Shown: positions 17,801 through 25,418, numbered from the stretch's first letter. The stretch: 32,000 nt of DNA from Methanothermobacter thermautotrophicus str. Delta H (GCF_000008645.1 NC_000916.1:840001-872000); one strand, 5' to 3'. Notes: a model not told the origin generated them from the letters alone. Program-made: numbers and translations.

Positions 17801-17912
17801 GGGGGTTTTCAGGGTCATCCCTCCCAAGTTCGGCGGCCGGTATATCATTCCAGCCCATTCCCCTCAGTTCCTTCATGAAGTAGTCTTCAAGGGCCTCCTC
17901 ATTTAATTTCAT
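14871..17912 (-). CDS. hsdR: Type I restriction enzyme R subunit
   Basis: 1013 aa. Nuclease D...ELK (DIMLFINGIPLVNIELK). Helicase motifs WQGSGKTLTM, FIDEAHRSQ, FTGTP and QAVARTNR. Confidence 0.95.
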   Translation of the reverse strand: MKLNEEALEDYFMKELRGMGWNDIPAAELGRDDPENPLIESELIDSIRRINQYIEDDDIQQVIQELRGKAASIEGCKSILEYLKNGVYIKSATTGEPRKVKILDHDTPSHNSFTASRQVVFRRGDQTIRTDIMLFINGIPLVNIELKNPVGMSETWADAYRQIKDYEKTVPELYKYVQMGVAAEDFARYFPIVPWLDEVPTFEWRETDGKLPQKSRKQGHEHHTGLPAADILPLLRPERVLDFIRNYIYIRTEFGSTTKVIARHMQYHAAERIVERVLRNIRGEDKRNRGLIWHWQGSGKTLTMIFAASKLYRMKELENPTVFFIVDRRELEEQLYAELAALEIHQPERIESIAELKRTIASDDYRGKRGLFITLIQKFTDKLDDITAELREHGGETIMDRKNVIVFIDEAHRSQYGLLAAQMKDMLRSAFFFGFTGTPISKRERDTYDRFAYPPEEKYIHQYFITDSIRDGFTVKITYQPRLAGDVHLDRKHLEAFIGVEFEELPESIRKDVEESVKRKLDTIKTILENPRRIELIAEDIAKHFKENIDGRFKAMVVAPSRRACVLYKRELDRHLPPEYSEIVMTYTPRDEEIIRAYDEELMDKYHGRNHHEIKNLVLERFRDPDRNPRILIVTDMLLTGFDAPILQTMYLDKPLKEHRLLQAVARTNRPYRDVKEAGLIIDYIGVMGAELRRAFELYSKEEYEGAVYDMESMKREYEELLRETLRIFSDLEWDGMDIEVLSDAVELITSDEELEKKFTENYRELRRLFELLSDQPFIRHGLKDYRWLTVIYTYYQRVVSRKPSVEAETERYYQKTLKYIHRTTEFREIESKLPVIEFDSDYFENLRKVRDIRDKAALTVYTLNSYVLRNGTRNPIYESVAEKVERLLEQWREKTMDYEELYREGAAIIREIWKEERRMKELGLDEKEFAVLMTLRGRGIPEDKLKEYAVALTEEVDGNIFPGWTSQESVKRNVMRIIRVFLLRNLPKDAPKRRQIADEAQEDLMKIFERYQ

Positions 17913-17926
17913 GTTCTATCCCCCCC

Positions 17927-19150
17927 CTATGATGTTATTCTGACCCTCCTTTTACCTGTCAGGAGGTCGTTCATGAGCCCCCTCTTTATGTTTTCAAGTT
18001 TAACCTTCCTCTCCGTGAGGAGCTCGAGCCTTCTGTCCACATCCTGGAGTATCTCTGAAATCCTTTTCTGCTCCTCAAGAGGAGGGAGGGGAATTTTTAT
18101 TTTCCTCATTATTCCCTGGTTTAACTTCTTTCTTGTGGATCCAACGACATAATGAGTTAAATCTAAATAAATAAGAATATGGAGTAAAAATCTATTAGTT
18201 ATCTTAGAAGGTAACGCTTCGATAACATGTGCATGATTATTAACCCAAAACTTACCATTCATTATATATGCAGAGCTCCCAAAGGATGAATAATCACCTC
18301 CATCCTCAGCTAAAAGTACAAATTCCCCATTAAAAATATAATCATTGATATAATCAATTATGCCGTTCGCTCCACAATATGGATAATCACCTTTCATCTT
18401 AATTCTTTCTTTTTCACTAAGAGGTATTCTTTTATTATCATGAATCTCAACAACATCCTCCAAGTTAACAACATCCCAATCCACAGGAATCCTGCCAACA
18501 TGAGAATCCTTGAATTCCGTGTGGTTGATGCCCTCCATCAGAAGCCTCTGCATGAGACCCCTCTTAAGTTTCTCTGTAACCCCTATCTCCTTATTAACCT
18601 TCTCTATCGCACCATCAACATCCTGGAGTATCTCTGAAATCCTTTTCTGCTCCTCAAGAGGGGGTACCGGTAAATAAATTTTTTCCAAAGTTTTTTTATT
18701 GAGTTCTTTGAACGTGCTGCCTCCGCTGAGGTCTTGCAGGCGTTTTTTATTTATTAATAGATAATATGCAAAATATCTCGTGTCAACATGTGATTTAGGG
18801 ACTAGTGCTTTGCATCCTTGATTAAACACACATTCAACCGTATTCAATGCAACGTATCCAACTGGTGCTCTTGTTGAGATGAGAATGGAAAGTTTAGGGA
18901 TAAGATTAAGATTTGTTCTTTTCAGCGCCTTCACAGTAACCTTTCTTTCGCTGTCTGCTATCATAATCCCGTTAAGATTACTCATATCAGCAGGTGTAAC
19001 CCAAACAACATCACCATCATCCCAGAACTCATCTATTTTAGTTGATGGTGTAGTTCCAGTAAAAACATCAAAAACTTCCGAAACTCTGGAAACACCCCAA
19101 TCCACAGGAATCCTGCCAACAGGAGAATCCTTGAATTCCACAGTATTCAC
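17927..19150 (-). CDS. hsdS: Type I restriction-modification specificity subunit
   Basis: 407 aa with two target-recognition halves. Each is preceded by EFKDS.VGRIPVDW and followed by PPLEEQKRISEILQDVD. The GTG start overlaps the hsdM stop (GTGA). Confidence 0.95.
   Translation of the reverse strand: MNTVEFKDSPVGRIPVDWGVSRVSEVFDVFTGTTPSTKIDEFWDDGDVVWVTPADMSNLNGIMIADSERKVTVKALKRTNLNLIPKLSILISTRAPVGYVALNTVECVFNQGCKALVPKSHVDTRYFAYYLLINKKRLQDLSGGSTFKELNKKTLEKIYLPVPPLEEQKRISEILQDVDGAIEKVNKEIGVTEKLKRGLMQRLLMEGINHTEFKDSHVGRIPVDWDVVNLEDVVEIHDNKRIPLSEKERIKMKGDYPYCGANGIIDYINDYIFNGEFVLLAEDGGDYSSFGSSAYIMNGKFWVNNHAHVIEALPSKITNRFLLHILIYLDLTHYVVGSTRKKLNQGIMRKIKIPLPPLEEQKRISEILQDVDRRLELLTERKVKLENIKRGLMNDLLTGKRRVRITS
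18039..18661. repeat. Perfect 44-bp direct repeat inside hsdS (18039-18082 and 18618-18661)
   Basis: ACATCCTGGAGTATCTCTGAAATCCTTTTCTGCTCCTCAAGAGG was read twice. It encodes the conserved EEQKRISEILQDV helices. Confidence 0.95.
18475..19139. repeat. 44-bp direct repeat with one mismatch inside hsdS (18475-18518 and 19096-19139)
   Basis: CCCAATCCACAGGAATCCTGCCAACA(T/G)GAGAATCCTTGAATTCC. It encodes the EFKDS.VGRIPVDW segments. Confidence 0.9.
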
Positions 19151-20919
19151 ATTTTCACCCCCATATACCCAAGTTCATCCAGGTAACCCCTTATCCTCTC
19201 ATCAACTTCGGCGAGTTCCTCCTCGATCTCGGAGAGGCGCATCCACTCACCTGCCACATCAATATCCTCGAGCTCCTCCTCAGGGAATGCGTAGAGCGGC
19301 ACGTTCAGATTATAATCATTCTCACGGATCTCATCAAGGTCGACAACCCTTGAGAATCCATCATCACCCTGGAACTCCCTGTAGGCCTCAAGTATCCTCT
19401 CAATGTTCCCGTCAGATAGGATGTTCAGCTTCCTGACCTCAGGGTGCTTCTCATACTCCTCACCTGCATTGATGAAGAGGACCTTACCCCTCCTTTCCTC
19501 ATCCTTATCCTTGTTGAGGATTATTATTGCCCCCGGGGCACCTGTATTGTAGAATAATTTTTCAGGGAGAAGTATAACCGCCTCTATGAGGTCGTCCTCC
19601 AGTACAGCTGACCTTATACTCTTCTCACGGCCACCCCGGAAGAGGCAACCATTATCTATAACCACACCTATCCTCCCGTCATCCTTGGCAGAGGCTATCA
19701 TGTGCTGTATCCATGCCCAGTCAGCGGACTGCTTGTTCACAAATCCGTACCTGAATCTCTCCCTCCAGTAATCTCCCTTCTTGAGGGTGTCCTCACCGTA
19801 ACCATCCTGGTTCCATGGTGGGTTGGCTATCACTACGTCGAACCTCATGATCCCGTCTGATTCCTTGAATTTGGGGTAGAGGAGTGTGTCACCATGGGCT
19901 ATGTGGTGGTCCTTTATGTCATGTATGTACATGTTCATTGATCCTAAGGCCATTGTCTTCCTGTTGACCTCCTGTCCGTAGAGGAAGAGCCTTTCGGCCT
20001 CACCATAGGTCTCCTTAACGTACTTGTGGGATATTATGAGCATGCCATTGGACGCTGATGCCGGGTCGTAGACGCTTTCGCCGGGTTTTGGGTCGAGTAT
20101 CTCGACCAGTAGCCTTATAACCTCCCTGGGTGTGTAGACCTCGCCCTCCTTGGCCTTGGTTGGGGCGAAGTATCTCAGTATCCATTCATAGGCGTCTCCA
20201 AGGATGTCGGGGTCAACGTTTGTGAGTTTCTTCTCACTGAATAGTTCAACGAGCTGCCTGAGTATCTCCCGGTTCTCCTGGCTCTGTGTGAACTCCACGA
20301 AGTCAAAGGCGTCCACCACGTCCTTGAAGGCGGGGTTGAGTTCTGCGAGGTTCTTGAGGGCCCCTGCAAATTTTATGGGCAGGTTCTCAACGTCCTTCCT
20401 TATGTTGTCCCAGAGGTACTCCTCCTTTATGTCAAGGTCATGGTATGCACTGTTACGTGCCTCAAGCCTCGCCTCCTCCTCACTGAGGCCATACTCCTTT
20501 ATGGCATCCTCATATGCCTTCTGGTATTCCATCATCCACTTGTCACTCATCTGTTTCATGAACAGGAGGACCAGGATGAACTTGTAGTCGACCCTTGTCC
20601 TTATGAGGTCTGCTGCCCCCTTGAGTATCCTCTCTATGTCTGCACGGCCAAGTTTATCGTCCTTGAGGGTGAGGTAATCCTGTATGATCTCTGATTTGGG
20701 TCTGAGCATGTAGATCCTTCTTCTCTCATCATCGGGATCCTTTCTTGTCTCTATCCATCCCTTCTTCCTCATCTCGGATATTGCAGCTGAAAGGGACTTT
20801 TCATCAATTAGATGTTCCTTTCCAAGTATTTCAAGGGCCTCGGTGCTCCTGAATTCCCGGTCCTCAAATTTATCCCAGAGGAGGTCATATTTTTCTTCAA
20901 GCCATTTTGGTAGTTTCAT
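19147..20919 (-). CDS. hsdM: Type I R-M N6-adenine DNA methyltransferase subunit with an N-terminal MarR-like winged-helix extension
   Basis: Motif I VYDPASASNGMLI and motif IV IANPPWNQ. An HsdM_N-like region precedes them. The first ~95 aa contain AISEMRKKGWIETRKDPDDERRRIYMLRP. The ATG at 20919 is preceded by AAGGTGATAAT; the track start at 20997 adds 26 implausible residues. Confidence 0.95.
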   Translation of the reverse strand: MKLPKWLEEKYDLLWDKFEDREFRSTEALEILGKEHLIDEKSLSAAISEMRKKGWIETRKDPDDERRRIYMLRPKSEIIQDYLTLKDDKLGRADIERILKGAADLIRTRVDYKFILVLLFMKQMSDKWMMEYQKAYEDAIKEYGLSEEEARLEARNSAYHDLDIKEEYLWDNIRKDVENLPIKFAGALKNLAELNPAFKDVVDAFDFVEFTQSQENREILRQLVELFSEKKLTNVDPDILGDAYEWILRYFAPTKAKEGEVYTPREVIRLLVEILDPKPGESVYDPASASNGMLIISHKYVKETYGEAERLFLYGQEVNRKTMALGSMNMYIHDIKDHHIAHGDTLLYPKFKESDGIMRFDVVIANPPWNQDGYGEDTLKKGDYWRERFRYGFVNKQSADWAWIQHMIASAKDDGRIGVVIDNGCLFRGGREKSIRSAVLEDDLIEAVILLPEKLFYNTGAPGAIIILNKDKDEERRGKVLFINAGEEYEKHPEVRKLNILSDGNIERILEAYREFQGDDGFSRVVDLDEIRENDYNLNVPLYAFPEEELEDIDVAGEWMRLSEIEEELAEVDERIRGYLDELGYMGVKM

Positions 20920-20971
20920 ATTATCACCTTCAGTTAAGGTGGCAGTCCTGCCTGCAATGATCCCGGTCCAG

Positions 20972-21012
20972 ATTATACAAGCTAATTGACTTACCACTTG
21001 TATAATTTATAC
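20972..21012. promoter_or_regulatory. Inverted-repeat cluster in the hsdM promoter/5' leader
   Basis: ATTATACAAG (20972-20981) and CTTGTATAAT (20997-21006) form a perfect 10-bp inverted repeat with a 15-nt spacer. It overlaps the 13-bp palindrome GTATAATTTATAC (21000-21012). An AT-rich TATA-like tract lies at 21014-21028. Confidence 0.45.
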
Positions 21013-21149
21013 CTTTTAATATAAATATCTTTGTGCGGTATGGCGCTGTAAACCCATTACATAGCATGTCATTTCAAGGTCCAGGTTCATTATCCTCATC
21101 ATCATCCTTATATTCCAGTCCACAGAAATATCACCCCGGAGTGTTAAAC

Positions 21150-22601
21150 ATGAAGGTTCCAAGATGCATGAGTACACAGCATCCAGACAACGTTAACCCG
21201 CCGTTCTTTGCAGAAGAACCTGAACTGGGTGGTGAAGACGAGATAAGGGAGGCATACTACGTCTTCTCACACCTGGGATGTGACGAACAGATGTGGGACT
21301 GCGAGGGCAAGGAAGTGGACAACTACGTTGTAAAGAAACTCCTCACAAAGTACCAGGCCTTCTTCAGGGACCATGTCCTGGGTGAGGATCTGAGGCTCAC
21401 CCTCAGGGTGCCCAACCCCACAGTTGAGAGGGCCGAGGCAAAGATACTCCTTGAGACCCTTGAGAGCATACCCAGATCCTATGACACCGCAAGCCTCTTC
21501 TACGGGATGGACGCAGCCCCGGTCTTCGAGGTCATCCTACCCATGACCTCATCAAGCAGCTGCCTCAACCGGATCCACAGCTACTACCTGGACTTTGTGA
21601 AGGGTAAGGAGAGGCTGCAGCTCGCAGATGGTGTGACCGTCAAGGAGTGGATAGGTGAATTCCGGCCCGACGAGATCAACGTTATCCCCCTCTTCGAGGA
21701 CCATGAGGGGATGCTGAACGCCGCCAAGATCACAGGCGAGTACCTTGATGGTAAGGATATCCAGGAGCAGAGGGTCTTCCTTGCAAGGTCAGACCCCGCC
21801 ATGAACTACGGTATGATATCAGCCACACTCCTCAACAGGATAGCCCTCTCAGACTTCCGGGACCTTGAGGAAGAGTCAGGAGTTAAACTCTACCCCATAA
21901 TAGGTATGGGCTCAGCTCCCTTCAGGGGTAACCTCCGCCCCGATAATGTGGAGGACGTTACCTGGGAGTACCGTGGCGCCTACACCTTCACTGTCCAGTC
22001 ATCCTTCAAGTACGACCATGAACCATCAGATGTCATCAGGGGCATAAAGAAACTCAGGTCTGTTAAACCGGGCAGGGCAGCTGAAATCGAGCGTGAAAGT
22101 GTCCTGGAGATAATTTCAGCCTACTGCAGGGAGTACAGGAGGCAGGTCATGGACCTCGTGGACATCATAAACAGGGTTGCGAGGTACGTGCCCGGCAGGA
22201 GGAAGAGGAAGCTCCACATCGGACTCTTCGGATACTCCAGGAGCATGGGAAACGTTTCACTCCCAAGGGCAATAACCTTCACAGCGGCCCTCTACTCGCT
22301 GGGGGTTCCCCCGGAGCTGCTCGGGTTCAACGCGCTATCATCAGGTGACCTTGAATTCATTGAGGAGGTCTACCCGGGTCTTGGAAGGGACCTCCATGAC
22401 GCTGCAAGGTACGCCAACCCTGAATCACCATTCCTCAGCCCTGAGGTTAAATCATCCTTTGAGGAGTACCTTGAACCTGAGTATGATGAGGGACACATGA
22501 AGACCACAGAGGAGATCATAAGGGCCCTCAGAATCAACAGGACAGCCAACCTCCAGGAGCTCATCCTTGAGGCTGCAAGCCAGAGGAAGTTCCTCGGCTG
22601 A
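21150..22601 (+). CDS. ppcA: Archaeal-type phosphoenolpyruvate carboxylase
   Basis: 483 aa from the ATG at 21150 (MKVPRCMSTQHPDNV...), the characteristic N-terminus and size of archaeal PpcA. The track start at 21033 is a GTG that adds a low-complexity extension. Confidence 0.92.
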   Translation: MKVPRCMSTQHPDNVNPPFFAEEPELGGEDEIREAYYVFSHLGCDEQMWDCEGKEVDNYVVKKLLTKYQAFFRDHVLGEDLRLTLRVPNPTVERAEAKILLETLESIPRSYDTASLFYGMDAAPVFEVILPMTSSSSCLNRIHSYYLDFVKGKERLQLADGVTVKEWIGEFRPDEINVIPLFEDHEGMLNAAKITGEYLDGKDIQEQRVFLARSDPAMNYGMISATLLNRIALSDFRDLEEESGVKLYPIIGMGSAPFRGNLRPDNVEDVTWEYRGAYTFTVQSSFKYDHEPSDVIRGIKKLRSVKPGRAAEIERESVLEIISAYCREYRRQVMDLVDIINRVARYVPGRRKRKLHIGLFGYSRSMGNVSLPRAITFTAALYSLGVPPELLGFNALSSGDLEFIEEVYPGLGRDLHDAARYANPESPFLSPEVKSSFEEYLEPEYDEGHMKTTEEIIRALRINRTANLQELILEAASQRKFLG

Positions 22602-22610
22602 AACCCTCCA

Positions 22611-22660
22611 CCATTTTTTGTGCTGAGCAGAGAGCTGCCCCCCATAAACTATTTTTTCAA
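22611..22660 (+). terminator. Oligo-T terminators after ppcA
   Basis: TTTTTT at 22614-22619 and again at 22652-22657, just after the stop at 22599-22601. Confidence 0.5.
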
Positions 22661-22808
22661 TTCTGAAAGCATCCATACACATCCACTGTAAGACCACCCG
22701 GCCTTCCCACGGGTTCTGGCATCAGTCTACCCACTGTTCCTGACGGACCCGCTGATATAGAATTCTGGCATCACCATCCCCACCCTTCCTTACTGACCTG
22801 TTGATACA

Positions 22809-22817
22809 TTAAAATAG
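22809..22817 (+). promoter_or_regulatory. TATA-like box for the heliorhodopsin gene
   Basis: TTAAAATAG is centred about 26 nt upstream of the SD GGGGGTG (22841-22847) and the ATG at 22852. Confidence 0.4.
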
Positions 22818-22851
22818 CTTCACTGACATAACAATAATGTGGGGGTGTTTT

Positions 22852-23676
22852 ATGGACAACATTGAAAGAATTAAAATGATTGAGAAGTCCCCTATAAGTT
22901 TTGAGGGGCTGAGGAAGCTGAACATAGCGGCCGGGTCCCTGCACCTGATCCAGGGGCTTCTGATGGTTGCGCTGGGTTACCTGCTCACATGGGACAGGGA
23001 CATCTACACGTTCTACCTGAAGTTCAAGATACTCTCACTGAATCCGCCGTCATTCCAGGTCCTTCCCAGCCCTGAGGTGGCATTCACCGTGAGCTACCTC
23101 GGGGTGATCCTTGCATCCTTCCTCCTGATATCTGCGGTGGCCCACTTCACAATAGCCTTCCTCAGGAATGAGAGTTACGTTGAGAACCTGAAGAGGGGTA
23201 TGAACCCCTACCGCTGGTACGAGTATGCTCTCTCAAGTTCAATAATGATAGTGATACTGGCCACCTTCGTGGGGGTCTGGGACCTCTGGTCACTTGTGAT
23301 GATCTTCGTCCTCAACGCATCGATGATAATGTTCGGCTACCTGATGGAGAAGATCAACCAGTACACCGAGAAGATCGACTGGTCACCCTACCTCCTGGGG
23401 TGCATCTCCGGCTTCACCCCATGGGTGGTCATTGCAGCCTACTTCATCGCCGCCCTGGGCTCCGCCGAGACACAGCCACCGGACTTCGTCTACCTCACAC
23501 TGCTCATCTACTTTGTGATGTTCAACACATTCTCCGTCAACATGCTGCTGCAGTACAGGGGTGTCGGTAAATGGAGGGACTACCTCTACGGTGAGAGGGT
23601 CTACATCATACTGAGCCTGGTTGCAAAGACCCTGCTGGCCTGGCTGGTGTTCATAGGGGTGTTCTCACCCTTCTAG
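22852..23676 (+). CDS. Heliorhodopsin-family 7-TM protein
   Basis: NPYRWYEYALSSSIMIVIL, NASMIMFGYLMEK and GERVYIILSLVAKTLLAW closely parallel the remembered heliorhodopsin 48C12 segments FRWVEYSLSSSVMIVLIA, NASMILFGWLQEK and GERAYIVLSLVAKSALAW. His residues are conserved in SLHLIQ and AVAHF. Confidence 0.85.
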   Translation: MDNIERIKMIEKSPISFEGLRKLNIAAGSLHLIQGLLMVALGYLLTWDRDIYTFYLKFKILSLNPPSFQVLPSPEVAFTVSYLGVILASFLLISAVAHFTIAFLRNESYVENLKRGMNPYRWYEYALSSSIMIVILATFVGVWDLWSLVMIFVLNASMIMFGYLMEKINQYTEKIDWSPYLLGCISGFTPWVVIAAYFIAALGSAETQPPDFVYLTLLIYFVMFNTFSVNMLLQYRGVGKWRDYLYGERVYIILSLVAKTLLAWLVFIGVFSPF

Positions 23677-23679
23677 TTC

Positions 23680-23700
23680 TATTTTTTAACCCCTTTTTCT
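23680..23700 (+). terminator. Oligo-T terminator after the heliorhodopsin gene
   Basis: TTTTTT at 23682-23687 and TTTTT at 23694-23698, directly after the stop at 23674-23676. Confidence 0.5.
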
Positions 23701-23799
23701 GGAGGCATCCGGGGGTCAGCCACTCACTTTAAGAACCGCAAAGTATTTATAGGGGTTCCATGTAACCTTATCTTGTCGATATGAGCTCTTTTTAAGCAT

Positions 23800-23871
23800 A
23801 GTCCCGTGGGGTAATGGCAATCCTGATGGACTCTGGATCCATCGATAGCGGTTCGACTCCGCTCGGGACTA
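23800..23871 (+). tRNA. tRNA-Gln (anticodon CUG)
   Basis: Hand-folded cloverleaf. Acceptor AGTCCCG/CGGGACT, T arm AGCGG-TTCGACT-CCGCT, anticodon arm ATGGA-CTCTGGA-TCCAT. No encoded CCA. TATTTATAGG at 23744-23753 is a possible promoter. Confidence 0.9.
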
Positions 23872-23939
23872 TCCCCCCATAACACCCCCCTTTTATCGAA
23901 ACCTATTTATGAAGAACATCACCACCTAATAACTGTCAT

Positions 23940-24012
<73 letters not shown>

Positions 24013-24036
24013 CAAACCACTGATTCTGTGTCCAAA

Positions 24037-25161
24037 ATGGAGGAAATACTTGTAATAGGCGTCAACACCCGACCTGTGGTTGAATCAGCCTTCAGGTTAG
24101 GGTACAGGGTCTACTCTGCAGGTTACTACTGCACAGCAGACTTCAAGCACTACACCGAAAGAAGGTGCATACTGAGGGAGCGTAGCGGTGAAAGCTGCGG
24201 GAGATTCCATGAGAACTTCAGTCAGGAGAAGCTCCTTGAAGCAGCCTCAGATTTCATAGAAAGGGCTGATGGTATAATCCCCCTCACAGGCGCACCCCCT
24301 CTCCCAGGGGAGAAGGTCCTCGGTAACTCCAGGGTTGATCACGTGGAGGACAAGTACCGCCTCTACAGGAGGATCAGGAACTCATACCCCACACCCGAGA
24401 CACACCTCATCAGTGACCCTGCCGAGGCGATGGAGATTGTAGCTGCAGGGGAGAAGAAATACATCGCAAAGCCGGTTTCCGGCGCTGGAGGCTTTGGTGT
24501 CACCGAGTTCCGCGAAGGTGATGGGGAGTTCCTCCTCCAGGAGTACATCGAGGGCGTCCCTGTGAGTGCCTCTGTTCTTTCAACCGGAGAGGATGCCATC
24601 ACGGTTCTGACGAGCAGGCAGATCATCGACAGGGGCGTACCTGGATTTGAGGGGCAGTTCGTCTACGCCGGTAACATGACACCAGGGCCCTCAGGGGAGA
24701 TTGAGGATCTTGCCAGTGACCTCATACTTGACCTCTCCCTGCGCGGATCCAACGGCGTCGACCTCATAATGAGGGACTCCGAGCTGTATGTCATAGAGGT
24801 CAATCCCAGGATACAGGGGACCTTTGAGTGTGCTGAAGCCTCCCTGGGAATAAACATGGTGGATGCCCATATCAGGGCATGCATGGGCGAGCTTATAGAA
24901 AAACCGGACCCGGTCAGTTATGCTGTTAAGAGGATACTCTATGCCCCGGCAAGGTGCCGGGTGGGTGAGATAAAAACCATGGGGGTCCATGACCTTCCTG
25001 TCCCGGGAACCATAATTGAGGAGGGTGAACCCCTGCTGACCGTCCTGGCCTCCCATAACTCCATGGAGGCCGCTGAGAACCTTGCATCAAACATCTGCTC
25101 CAGGGTCAAGAAAGAACTCCATTACCTCCGATGCCCCCCACCTCGACCACAGGGAGTATGA
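24037..25161 (+). CDS. ATP-grasp superfamily ligase (carboligase-like, substrate unknown)
   Basis: KPVSGAGGFGV glycine-rich loop, LLQEYIEG hinge and VIEVNPRIQG Mg-ATP motif. The ATG at 24037 is preferred over the GTG at 24028. Confidence 0.85.
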   Translation: MEEILVIGVNTRPVVESAFRLGYRVYSAGYYCTADFKHYTERRCILRERSGESCGRFHENFSQEKLLEAASDFIERADGIIPLTGAPPLPGEKVLGNSRVDHVEDKYRLYRRIRNSYPTPETHLISDPAEAMEIVAAGEKKYIAKPVSGAGGFGVTEFREGDGEFLLQEYIEGVPVSASVLSTGEDAITVLTSRQIIDRGVPGFEGQFVYAGNMTPGPSGEIEDLASDLILDLSLRGSNGVDLIMRDSELYVIEVNPRIQGTFECAEASLGINMVDAHIRACMGELIEKPDPVSYAVKRILYAPARCRVGEIKTMGVHDLPVPGTIIEEGEPLLTVLASHNSMEAAENLASNICSRVKKELHYLRCPPPRPQGV

Positions 25162-25200
25162 GAATATATTGTCAAGAAAGAACTCCATTACCTCCGATGC
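25105..25200. repeat. Perfect 30-bp direct repeat (25105-25134 and 25171-25200, period 66 bp) at the 3' end of the ATP-grasp gene
   Basis: GTCAAGAAAGAACTCCATTACCTCCGATGC was read twice. The second copy lies just past the stop codon. Confidence 0.95.
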
Positions 25201-25418
25201 TGAGAACCTTCTGCTCCATTAAAGAACCCTACTTTAAGGGGACAAACTGCATATCCTAGGGTTAAGAAGAAGGTGGATTTAAGATACCTCTGGAGCAGAT
25301 CCTTAAGGTATCTGCCATGAAATTTGCAGCTGCTTATCCGGCTCTTGCAGTACCCATACTCTTCAATGTCTCTTATATCCTGTCTTTTTGCAGTGTCCAT
25401 GTACTCTCCAGTGCCCAT
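25188..25418 (-). CDS. Questionable 76-aa ORF
   Basis: ORF track only. It has a weak AGGGGAAA upstream and no recognisable motif. Its 3' end runs into the duplicated ATP-grasp fragment. Confidence 0.2.
   Translation of the reverse strand: MGTGEYMDTAKRQDIRDIEEYGYCKSRISSCKFHGRYLKDLLQRYLKSTFFLTLGYAVCPLKVGFFNGAEGSQHRR

Noticed and set aside
18879-19436. 185-aa plus-strand ORF across the hsdS/hsdM junction
   Set aside because: It is antisense to two genes with clear type I R-M motifs. Its composition (S, P, R, T runs) is typical of a shadow frame.
21033-21149. Upstream GTG start giving a 522-aa PEP carboxylase
   Set aside because: The extension is low-complexity (SSSSSLYSS). The ATG at 21150 gives the canonical MKVPRCMSTQHPDN N-terminus and has GGAGTG upstream.
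22370-22697. Minus-strand ORFs (91 and 81 aa) at the ppcA 3' end
   Set aside because: They are antisense to ppcA and run into its terminator region. They have no start signals or recognisable sequence.
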